From positions 54,250,001-54,314,000 of the forward strand of contig NC_087451.1 in NCBI RefSeq assembly GCF_036321535.1: DNA of 64,000 nucleotides, given 5' to 3'. Below the pieces are notes generated by a model. That model saw nothing but the letters and a program-made list of their open reading frames with translations. It was not told the origin of the DNA and did no database searches. Below, in pieces: positions 1 through 11,400 of the stretch. Position 1 is the stretch's first letter. Every line of letters begins with the position of its first letter. Made by a program: the position numbers and the translations under genes. This DNA comes from Camelus dromedarius. Lineage: Eukaryota.

Positions 1-1744
1 TCAGCCTGAAATACTGCCCAAAGCCTTCAAAATGGCTTCCCAGCCTACACTATTTGGTCTTTAGAATCTTTTAAAACGTAAGTCCCACCCAGCTATTCCC
101 TTGATTAAATCCTTCAACAGCTTCCAGAAGAGCTTAAGACAGCCTGATAAAGACCAAAACCATCTGCCCCTCCCCCCACCTCTCCCACTTTACCCTCTGC
201 CCTTCCACAGACCACAAAGCGTTCTCTCTCACTTGGAGCCTAAGCAGACTCTCTCCCATTTGTCTAGCCAACTCTGGTCCTTCTCCAGAGCTCATTTAAA
301 ACTCATTTACTCAGAGAAAGCCCTTCCTGATCTCTTCCCTCCTGCCCGCCCCACAAGTCGGGGGCAAGTGTCCCTGCTATGTGCCAGTGTACGTGCCCCA
401 TGGCTCCCTTGACAGGGCAGGGAGTACGTCTCTGTCCTAGGGGTCTTTCCGTGGGCTGACTCAGGGAGCACCACATAACAGGAAGAGGCCTCAGATGGGA
501 CCCCAGAGCCCTGGCCATCAGACTATTGGCTGTTGCACTGGTCTTTCACTTGAGAATATTACTCTTGAGACAAAGGGGATGAGAGAGAAGGGATCCAAAG
601 AAACATCACAACAGTGGGCTCTGGGAAGGAACTTGGCTCAAACTCCACAGCCAGGTCTTGGGCTGGGCTTTTTTTGCCTCCTGGTTCCTACCATCCTGGC
701 TATGGCTTTCTTGGCCGTCTGCTATGGTGTTTCTTCTAGAGGAATTTCACTCCACACAAACAGTCCTTCTGCTGGCTATTTTGGTCAGTTCAGTTGGGCC
801 TGAAGCCAGTGAAACAGTTTCTAAGCCCAGGCTTTTCCAGTTGCCTAGCCTGAAAGAATTCAGAGCTGGTAAGGGAAAAGCAAGCCACAGCTAGTTCTAG
901 AGAACAAACATGTACCTCAAAGGGAGTTGACAAATGGGCTTGGATGCAGAAAGCAGCTAGAAAGACTCCAAATTGCTCTGAGCATTTCTGAGAAGCAACT
1001 TGCCAATCATCCTAATAACCATATAACAGTAAGAGGAATTTCATTGACTTTCATGAAAGAAGAGTTCTGGGCGTGGCGAATGCCCCAGGCCAAAAGAGGA
1101 AGGCTGGTAAAGAAGGGAGATCTTGTCTCCACCCAGACATGTGACTGAGCCATCCAGTCTTCCCTCCTCCCAACTTCGACCCCCGCCTTGGCCCATGACC
1201 TCATTTGTGTCCACAATTTCATCAGGAAGTTAAAATTCCCTTCATCAGCTAACATTCATTATTTCTCTCTTTTTCAAGCAGAACTCCTTGCAAGAGTCAC
1301 CCATACTTGCTGTCCCTCGTTTCTTTTCTGCCAGTCTTTCTTGAACCTGCTCCAACCAGGTGGCACCCTCCCATCCACACCACAAAAACTGCTCCCACCA
1401 CTAGTGACCGCCCTGTTGCCAAGTCGAAGGTTAAGTCTCAGACCTCAGCTTCTGTGCTGATCTACAGTTGGCGCCTCTTCCTCCTTGAAACACTTTCTTC
1501 TCTTGGCTTCCAGGTGGGCCTCCTACCCCTCTGGCTGCTTCTTCTAAGACTCCTTTGCTGGGTCCTTTTCTCCTCTCAAATTCTAAATGGTTGGGCTGCC
1601 CCAGGGCTCAGCTGAGACTTATTTTTCTTCTGTCTACACCTTTTTGCTGGGGGATTTCGTCCAATCTCATAGCGTTAGAAATCAATTATATATATATATA
1701 TATATTCCATATAATGATGACTCCCAAACTCATATCTTCAGACT

Positions 1745-2670
1745 TGTATCTCTGACTCCCTACTAACATCTCCACTTGGGTGTATTAATAAGCAACTCAA
1801 ATCTACCAAGCCCCAAACAGAGCTCCTGATATCTCCCTAATTCTGTGCCTCCTTCAGAATTCCCCACTGCAATGAATGGAACTCCATCCTCAACCCTAAG
1901 ACCTTGGGAGTCACCCTTGACTCTTCTTTTTTCCACTCTACACTTGTCAGCAAACATTTTCGGCTCTACCTTCAAAATATATTCAGAATCTGCTTTCACA
2001 ACCACTTCCTGTTCTCACCTAGAGTCAGGTCACTGTCATCTCTAGCCTGGATAACTGTGAAAGCCTCCTGGCTGGTCTATTCTCACACTCATTCAGAGGG
2101 AGATTCATCAAACTTAAATGAAATCATGTTACTCCTCTGCCCAGAGCCCCCCAATACAACCATTTCCCGTTCAAAGTAAGAGCTAAAATCCACACTGTGA
2201 CACATAAGTGTAACCTCTCTGACATATCCCCTATTACTCTCCCTCACTCACTGCTTCAGCCACACTGCCTCCCTGCTGTGCCTGAATAAGCCAGGTGTGG
2301 CCCCTCTCCCAGGCTTTACACTTACTGTTCTCTCTGCCTGAGTTCTCACCCTCAACCCCAGGCTCCCTACCCCAGACTGAGAATAGCTCAATCCCTCCCC
2401 TCCTTCAGGGTTTTACCCAAACTCCCTTCCCTGACGACCACCCTATACAAACCCACCCCTCCCATTCTCCCTATCCTCTATTAGGTTTTTCTCCCTAGCA
2501 CTTCTCATTGCCTGATATCTACTAGTTACTTATTTACTGTTTTCCACTAAGATGAAAGCTTCCTAAAGGCAGGGACCTTTCTCTGCCTTACCTACTGATG
2601 TACCCCACTCCCCAACCTGGCACAAAGTAGGTGCTTCATAAATACTTGTTGAATGGATAAATGAATGAAT
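1745..2670 (+). mobile_element. LINE-2 (L2) 3' fragment
   Basis: Recognisable L2 3' sequence ending in the typical ...gtaggtgcttcataaatacttgttgaatggataaatgaatgaat tail. The left boundary is approximate. Confidence 0.75.
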
Positions 2671-4366
2671 CCTGGAGGCTGCAGAGCCAGGGAGCCTAAA
2701 TGGAGTTTAAGAACCAAAAGAGAAAGCCTGCAGATTTGCAATATCCTGCCACTGGGCTGGGATCCACTCACCAGGTCAGCTCAGCCAATCCAGTCCCAGA
2801 TGGAACTCAACCCTGCCAGTCACCTCACGTGGGGACAAGAGCCTGTGTGGGGGCCAGCACGGTCCAGTCCAATCTTTCTCCCGAACAAAAATCTCAAAGC
2901 ACACATCTCATCACCACACATGGGGCGCCACACTTCGACACTTCTTTTGATTAACATGTCCTGGGGAGAAGTCCTTCTCCGGGTGCTTTAAGACAATGGG
3001 GATACCTGCTATCTGAATAGCTCTTCTCTGTCTCCATCCCAAATCTGGTTCCCGAAAACGTGACTGTGTCATCTGCTAGTTTCATCCTATTGTACCGGAA
3101 GGGACTCTGGAGAAGTGAGTGGGGACACAGGGCAGCAGGGGATGATGTGAAACCTCTTCACTCTGACAGAAGCAGTCCCCGAAACAGTACAGAAAATACT
3201 GGGCCTCAGAATTCTGTGGAAAACAGGAGGAAAAAAGAAACCAAGACACACTCTCTCTTCCTTAAAGAACATCATTATGTACAAACACACGCTTTCTCCG
3301 CTTTGGCACATTTATTTGTGAGTCATTCTGCACATTCATCCAGGGTTACGAGGCTACGATTGGTTCTGAAATGAGTGGTGACTTCATTTCCCCTGGGAAG
3401 GGAAGGCTGGCTCACCATTTACTTTCTCGCTGGCTGGGAAATGTTTTGGCCTGTTTTGAGGCTAATCTGAGAAGACTTCCAGTTAGACACTGGCCAGGGG
3501 CAGAAATATTCCACATCCAATCACACAGCCGCGCCTGCTGTCTCTTATTCCCTACTTACACCCTCTGAAAGGCAGCTTTGTGATTCCACCAAGTCCCCTA
3601 GAAGAAGTAACAAACAGCCCAAAGAGGAAGCTGTAGAAAGAGGACATTTGGAAGCGTGCAGGCCAGTGCCTGCTGGTTCCTGAGCCACTTTCACTGCATG
3701 GCGGAGGCGAAAGACGCCACCCAACAGCCTCAGTCACGGCACAGGGCCAAACTGCCATCTCAGCGTGGTGGCGCTTCTGGCTAGGGACAGCATGCATTTC
3801 TGACGTTGAAACAAACTACATACAGCTCAGGGAAATGAGATGGCCAAAGGAAGAATTCCAAGAGTTGGGTCTGCAAGCATGCTCTTCCTGACACAGTGTC
3901 GACATCTCAACACTGCTCGGTGCTGCTCACAGGGTAAACTGAGAAGCATCAAAACTGGGCTTTTTACACTTCTCTGCTCCTGAGCATGCCAGCTTGAAGC
4001 CCATCTTGGTGAGAAGCAATCCTCTACGCTCCATGCCTCAGAGCACCCGGAAAGAGAGCTTCCTAGACCTGCAAGCACTGCCTCAGTGTGCTCCTGGGCT
4101 CTCTTCTCAGCCTCGAATGAGGCAGTAGAAAAATCAGTTTTCCATTTCCGAATCCTGTCAACTGGAACAAATCCACCAGTACCACCTGGGAGCATCTCCA
4201 CAAGAGCAATCTCTATTTTCTTTCCTACTCAAGCTGACAGTGCCCTTGAGTTAGTAATGCCCCATGTTTTTACCCACTTGATTCATCTTTCCGCCCAGCT
4301 CTCAGATAACTGATAGCAAAGTGAGACCTCCCCACCCTGAGGTCTCCTAAGATAATGCTGCTAGCC

Positions 4367-4392
4367 AAAAAAAAAAAAAAAAAAAAAAAAAA
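4367..4392 (+). repeat. Poly(A)26 homopolymer
   Basis: Direct reading of the sequence. Confidence 0.95.
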
Positions 4393-6949
4393 TCTGATCA
4401 TCGGGAGGAAGTAGTTCTTAAGACGGAAAGAGACTTTCAACTATGTTTCAGAAATATACAGATCTAAGTGCTGGTCCTATGAAGAAAGAAAGAAAAAGAA
4501 AGCTTTTTCCCCTTCCTTCAACAAGTCTAGAAGTCACACGAGGAGTTGTATATGGCTACAAACAAAAGCAAAGCAAAAATGAAAAAGCAAAAACATCAAC
4601 AAGTGCATCCCATACTGATATCCATTTCTCAGCCCACCTTGGTTTGGTGCAGCACGGAGGCCAAGTGTCCTGGTTTTAGAACTTCCTGGGAAGAAGTTCA
4701 CAAATCCAGTCAAGCTGCTCAAAGGGACATTCCAAACTTATCATCCAATAAACTAATAAGAAAGTATTGGAGCTTCTCCAAATAGATTTTGCTCTGGGTC
4801 TGCAGCCTACAAGCTTTCAGTTTGGACAATGTAATCATTTAAACTTAAGACGTGCTCGCAGCTCTGCATTTTCTGATGCTCTGCACAACCCTTTAAAGCA
4901 GTGTTCCTCTGCACCTTTCATTCTGTGACCATTGCCCATCTCCTCCAAAATAACTCCCGTTTTTCGATCTTTGGCAGCAAGGCGTCTGATTTGTGTGTAT
5001 ACAGAGAATAGAGGGTGTGAAGATGAGTCTTAGAAGAACAGGCTACATTTCATCATAGAAATGGAGGCAAGCAAGGTCTAGGAAGTTGCTGAACCCAAGC
5101 CAATACCAGAGTCTACTAGTTAGCTGCAACAAGCTTAGGATGTCTTCAAAAAGGCCCTGATTGGGCAATACTTGCTTAAAGCAAGCTTAGGACTTATCAC
5201 ATAACTATGGCAAAGAACTGTTTAGGCTACAATAGACCCTGCAACTTCTCCAAAAGGCTGCTATTAACCAACACAAGAACTAGGAAGTTCAAGACCAAGA
5301 TATCAAAATGAGCTGCCCTCTCTGCTGTTATGCCGTAAGGCTCCTTTAGCCAGACATTTGTCAGAATCTTCTTAAAGCTTCTTCTCTTCTCTGACAGGCC
5401 TCCAGAGACCCAAACTTCATAGAATCTGAGAGAAAAGAGCCTGCCACTTTATGTGCTGTCAATAGTGATGCCAATTGCTTTTTCCTGGAGTTAGTTCTCT
5501 ATGCTGAGCAGATGACACTCTGAAGATGAACTAATTCTACTTGAGTCTCCTTGGCAAAAAGACTGTCTTTAGCAGCCTAGCTTAGGGGGTTCCTAATTGT
5601 CAGACTAGCTTTTTTCCCCCATTGTTGCTGATTTTAAACAAAGAGGTTAAACCTCTGTAAAACCAAGTGGAAGAACCAGAATTAGAAAACTTACCAACCA
5701 CCCCAGCCAATAAGAATCCATTTCCAATAGGTATTAATGCCTATTAGAGGCCACTGGAACACTGACATCATCAGCCCAACTAATAGGTTGTCTGACAGAT
5801 TGGCCCCCTTCGTTGCACACAAGAATTTAAAACAAAATAAGACACTGCAGTTACATTCGTTATTGCAGACAATGGGTTTCCTTGTATTACCATTCAAAAT
5901 TACTCCTATGGTATGGAATCTACCATCATCCCCTTCAAAGCTTCTCTGTGAGGTGGCCAATACCCTAAACTTTCTAGCCCTAAAAATCTTATCCAAAATA
6001 CCAACTCAACACTTAGCCCTTCACTGTGATACTTAATGCCTTCTGGGTACAGCATGCAAGTTTTAGACCGCGCATATCAGTGTACCTTGCAACAGTCATC
6101 ACCCTTCTATCTGCAATGAAACCTGTGTAATGCGGGACCATGGACCAATTCATTGCTTAGAGCAGATTTATAGACTGTTCCCTCCCTTTCTTTAAGAAAA
6201 TAACAAATGAGCAAGAAGTAACCTCAGAAGAAGAAAAAAACTTCGGGAGAATGTACACTGAGAAAAGCCAGATTGAGTCCCTCTGGATTAAGCTAATTAA
6301 GAAACAATTAAACATGACAGTAACACTGGAATCAAAACCAAGGAATGCAGTGAGGACAGGTTTCTCAATTGCCCAGAGGAGAAGACACAGTTCCTTTTCA
6401 TCTAAAATTAGAAAGCCACCAGGAACCTAAGCCAAGAAGCACGGATAGGAGGCTGAGAACCGTAAGTCAGCAATGGGGTTTGGAGATGGGGTGGAAGAAG
6501 GAAGTAGTATCCATTTTGTTTTATTTCTTCTGTCATCCCTTAGGTTTGCTCCTGGCCTTGGGGAGTCAGCAGTCCGCCCCGCTCCCCAGGATGTCAGGCA
6601 ACAGGCCTGAAGCTTTGTCAACAAGTTCTTAAACGTCTCACATGCTAAGAGCTTGGAGATATCTAGCTGGAGGTTCAAGGATGCAAGTGGAAATATTAAA
6701 AGGTTTCTGCCCGCAGTCTAAGGCGAGAGGCCATCTGCCTAGGGAGTGCCCTCGAGTCCTGACACCATCCCTCGATTGGGATACATTGGTAATTAGGTTG
6801 GCTTCCACGCCCAGCAGTGCCCATGTGGTTGGCGCCGTTGGAATTTCAAGCATTCCCCCACCCCCTTCTGCACTCGGGAGAGTCCTGAATCGCTGTGGGC
6901 ACCTAGAGTTTAAGTGAAAGAGGGTCCCCCGAACACAGGGCAAGCGCAA

Positions 6950-7900
6950 AGGGCGTCGACCGCCTCCTCAGAGCAGACACAAGCAACGTCTCCAGGCCAG
7001 CGACCGGGCAGAGGGGGTGCCAGGCCCGCCACGGGTGCCCGCTTCTCTCGCCAGCCCCCGGAAGCGCCGCTCTCCCGCCCAGCGGGCTCCGAGGGGGCGG
7101 GGAGTCGAACGCCCCCTTCCGGGTGCCTCCGCCTGGCTGGCCAGCCCCGCTCCTCCTCCGGGCGGGAATCCTCCCTCCCCGCCCCTCCCGGAGCCGGGCC
7201 CCGGCGCCAGGCCCGGCCCCAAGGGGGAACCCCCAGCCCCGGCTCCCCCTCCCTGCGGCCTCTGCCAGTCTTCCCGACCCTTGAGAGCCGGGAAGACCCC
7301 GCCNNNNNNNNNNNNNNNNNNNNNNNNNNNNNNNNNNNNNNNNNNNNNNNNNNNNNNNNNNNNNNNNNNNNNNNNNNNNNNNNNNNNNNNNNNNNNNNNN
7401 NNNNNNNNNNNNNNNNNNNNNNNNNNNNNNNNNNNNNNNNNNNNNNNNNNNAGAGTTCGGTACATTGGGGACCGACAGCACTACTAACCAATCAAAGAGA
7501 AGCATCTAGAGCGACGTTGGTTTGGCCAATAGACCCGTGAAATGTCACTGATGGACGGTAGAGAGCACCAACCGGAAGCCTAGTGTAGAGTGAACGACAT
7601 GTTCGCCAGCCAACTGGCGGGAGGTAAAGTCCCGCCCACAAGGTGGTTGATGGACAGCAGCAGGAAGCTAGATGGGGAGGGACTTAGCTGAGGACTGGTT
7701 TTGTATTGGTCGTGGTTGACCTTCCACCCACCTCTAACCCAGAAGATGAGTGATAGATCTGCCCTAAAGCCAATCAGAAGTCCTCAGGGTGAGGCCGAAA
7801 AATGCCCTATAAATAGCACCTACTTTGCGCCTCAATCCTGTGTCGCCCCTGTGTAGCGGGGTCCTTCTGCTCTTCGGCCACTAAAGCCAGTGCCTGGTGA
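6950..7900. promoter_or_regulatory. CpG island / bidirectional CCAAT-box promoter (SP2 and a divergent transcript)
   Basis: Dense CpG at 6950-7303. CCAAT/ATTGG at 7464, 7488, 7526, 7705 and 7770; ETS CCGGAAG 7572-7578; GC box CCCGCCC 7631-7637; TATAAATA 7808-7815 on +. Confidence 0.85.
7838..7896 (+). ncRNA. Candidate first exon of a divergent lncRNA (SP2-DT-like)
   Basis: CCAAT (7770) and TATAAATA (7808) at canonical spacing, followed by a consensus donor TG|GTGAGT at 7896/7897. The start site is estimated from the TATA position. Confidence 0.45.
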
Positions 7901-8344
7901 GTGGAAAGCCACCAGTTTTTTTATTTAGTCCCTCGCCTTTCATCGATTCTGGAGAGGGAAGTGAGCCCTCAGGCGACTTTGTACTGCGAGGCATTGGCGT
8001 CGGACACAATAGTTGGGGCTACGTGACACTTCGGAGAGAGGATTATTCTCACCGTCTCAGTTCAAACCCCCTCTTAATCCTCACCTCGTTACTGCAGCGA
8101 CCGCCTAACGTGGGCATCAGAATCACCTGAAGCTCTCTAAAAGTAGATTACCCGGGCTGCCCCTCGTGTCTAGGGCACGCGTGGAATATGAATTCTAACC
8201 AGAGCCTCGGGTGGACTGACATGGTTTGTGCCCCACTTTCCTCCTTGAATAAGGTGCTGTGAGTACAAGACTTGGCAGTCGCTACCTGGATAGGTTTACC
8301 TTTTCTACGGATGCGTAACTTGAGAAGGCTGCCTGGCATTAGTG

Positions 8345-8490
8345 AGAAGGAATCCGCTCTGGTTTCAGACCAGCCTGGGTTCGAAACTTACACACAGCCT
8401 ACTTACAGAGAGGCAGGGTACCGAAACTCCACGCGCCTTATGTCTTCATCTGTATCTGTAAAATGAAGCTAATCACACCTACACCTTAGA
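8345..8490 (+). mobile_element. MIR SINE
   Basis: MIR-like head (cagaccagcctgggttcgaa) and core (catctgtaaaatgaagctaat). Boundaries are approximate. Confidence 0.65.
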
Positions 8491-11400
8491 GCAGCAGTGG
8501 TTTGGTTTTTTTTGTTTTGTTTTTTTTTTTAATCTTAACCCCACGATAAGAAATACATTTGCATGCTGACCCAGTACACATATACTCCCATGAGAGTGAA
8601 GTTTTGGAGAACAGTATTTACCCTTCCTACGCGAAGTGCACCGATATTTTCTATCCTGTCATATCTTATTCTTCCCTCCCTCCCTCGTTCCTCCTTTCCT
8701 TTCTTCCTTTTCTTGATCATGACTGGCAGTTTGAAGAGCACTGTCATAAAGGGTTGGTGTGATAAAATACAGAGCAGAATGCCCAGTATACTGTAATTGT
8801 TGAAAAAATGTTAATAGTCTCTTCCCAGTCACCCCTCTCAGATTTAGCCTCTGAAAAGACAAGGTTTCAAAAGACAACACTCCTCTAGTTAAGATCCTTC
8901 ACTGGCTCCCTGCCCCCTTCTGAATAAAAAGTCCATATTCCTTTCTAGCAAACAATGTCCATGTGCTTTCTTTATTTTTTATACTTTATCTCCCTCTGCC
9001 ACCCTATTCCCTTTCCACAAATCCTACCTTTATGCCTCCAGGAAAGATTGCACAGTTCCTAAACACTTTTGCATCTATTTCTCTTCCTACTCTATCCTTT
9101 CTTTCTCCTGGTAAACTCCTATGCATCCTTCAAGAACCTGCTCAAGGTCTGAACTCACGCTGAGCCATAGCTTTTTCCTTCTCTGGACTGCTGTTGGCAC
9201 ATGCAAAGAGCTTCACTCAGTCCCATGGCATTACACACTTATTTTTACTTCTGACTTCCCTACTAGACTGTGAGCTGCCATGGAAGGTTTCAGGCCAGTA
9301 CTAGAGGACTGGCAGGAAATGTATGCTGAGTTAAAGAATGAATATTTGCATACAATTACATCTACATATGACTTGTTTATGTAGACCATCCATTCTGTTC
9401 CCAGGCCACTTTTCAAGTTAAGATTGCTTCACTGTCAAGCCAAGAACTCCACCCGGTTTCAATGACTCAGCTATATTGGGGTGCATGGATTTTTGAGGGG
9501 GGAGGTGGAGTTGAACATCCTGCTGGGCGGCTGCCAAACATCTTGGACGAAAGCTGGGGCAGCTGTGCTTCCCCACCCCAGAGGCCCCATCATGAAGACA
9601 GCAGAAGTGGGAAAAAAAAAAAAGTTTGCATGTGTGTGGGTCAGGGGACAGGGTGCAAAAACTTAGAAGAATCTGGCAGCAGTTTTGAGTTACTTAAATG
9701 GTTCGTTCCTTTTAAAAGCTGCCATTTTTCTTGTTTTTACCAGAGGCACAGACAGGGAAGGGGATGCCTTCTAAGGAGAGGACCCCCTTATATGTGTGTC
9801 AGGACCTTTGGAGTCTTTGAGCCTTATTTACAACACCCTAAAGCCACCACACAATTTCTCTTCTCACAGATTGCTTCTGTCAGGGTGGTCCCGTACTCCA
9901 CAGAGAGAAAAGAGGCCAGGCTGCCAGCCCCTAATGCCAGCTTTCTCCTGGCCACACTTTAGACTCACTAGAGAGCTTTTACTGTATTCTAAAGTCTAAG
10001 TCACATCCTTGGCCAAGGAAATCAGAACCTCTGGGGGTGCAACCCTGGTGACGGTATTAAGAAGTTCTTCAGGTGATTCCAACAAGCAACCAAATTAGAG
10101 AACCGCTCTTTGGCCCAGAGAATCTTCCGCTGGGGGTGCTCAAGTGAACAACTATGAACAGTCTGTACCCTCCACCTCTCCCCACTCCTATCCGTCCCCT
10201 TCCAGAATTTCTCCCCTGCCCACCCTACCTGTTTCTATCTTCTTCGTAGAGCAGGGGCCAACAAGCGGTTCCAGCCATGTGTCTCAGTGTCAACTAGGAG
10301 AAACATCTCTTTTCCGGGTGTACCTGGGGACAGTTTCTCCCTGGGTGATATTTCCCTTCTTGTTTCCAACCGCTTTCAACCTCTTCCTGGTCTAGGTTGT
10401 CACTTTCTCCCATTTCTAATTTAAAAAGTTACTCATTCCCCACCCTTAAAATCCTTACATTTGTCTTGTCCACCATGGCACTTTCCACTCCCACCACATT
10501 GCTTGATGTATAGTTGGTGCACAGTAAATGTTTGTTGACTGACTATTCTTTTAACATTTTTCATATACTTATCCCCTTCTCTTCCAGGCCCAGCTTCCTC
10601 CACCTCCATGTCACTTCTTAACCCCCTTCCCTCTTCATTTCCCCATGTTTTTCTTGCTTCCTTGTCCTTTTCTGCATGTGGCTGGCCCCGTCTAATTCAT
10701 CAGTACCAGAGAGTGAGCATCTATCCCTCAGGAGGCCGAGGGCACCAGAAGGAGGGTTGGATGTATACAAAACCAGTCTCTGTCCGTAAGAGGCTCCTTC
10801 TGGGGCCTCCTGTGAAAGGACCCACATGGGGCAGCTGGTACTGGATGTCCAGAAACTAGATGAATATCAGTGTCCCAGCCCTTGACTCTCTGTTGGTCCT
10901 CACTCATAGCTACAGCCCAAGCTTTATTGTTGTTTACTTTTTAAGAGTTAATAGCCAACTCAGCCTTCTAAAGCCTGCTCATTCTACCTTAAGGATTTTC
11001 CCAGTAGCCTCTGCTTCTCCCCTTTTCCTCCTCGGGTTTTCTACTTCTCATCTTTTCGCTTTCCACAGAGAAATCAAAGTTGCAGACTTTTCAAACCATC
11101 CCTGACACTCTTACATGCCCAGGGAAGGATCTGATGGGACATACACCTGGTTTAAATAATGATTTTTTTTTCTTCCAGGTCGATCTGTGATTTCGATTAT
11201 CCAGGTTTCCTCAATCTTTCTGAGCATAAAAAAATTAACAGAAGCTATGAAATGTGACTCCCTATTACACTTTGGCAGCTACCGCACTCCATCCCCAGGT
11301 GCACACACACAGCCACCCCTCTTTCTCCACTGCCCAGGGATGCCCTTCCTAACACTGACTCATCAGCTCCCTCTGCCCCCCTGGTCCCCTGCCCAGACCG

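Larger units (their letters stand above)
1..7451 (-). other. SP2: 5' portion of SP2 (intron 1; exon 1 presumed inside gap 7304-7451). No SP2 coding sequence is visible.
   Basis: Inference from conserved mammalian gene order MRPL10-LRRC46-SCRN2-SP6-SP2 with SP2 divergent from SP6. A CpG island and CCAAT-rich promoter lie at about 6950-7900. I could not find SP2 exon 2 (DPQTSMAATAAV..., from memory) in 1-7303, consistent with a long first intron. Confidence 0.7.

Noticed and set aside
4323-4392. 8-bp hairpin (GAGACCTC...GAGGTCTC) followed by an A26 tract, resembling an intrinsic terminator or retro-tail
   Set aside because: The context is eukaryotic intron, the spacing is wrong, and no TSD or element body was found. 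Chance is likely.
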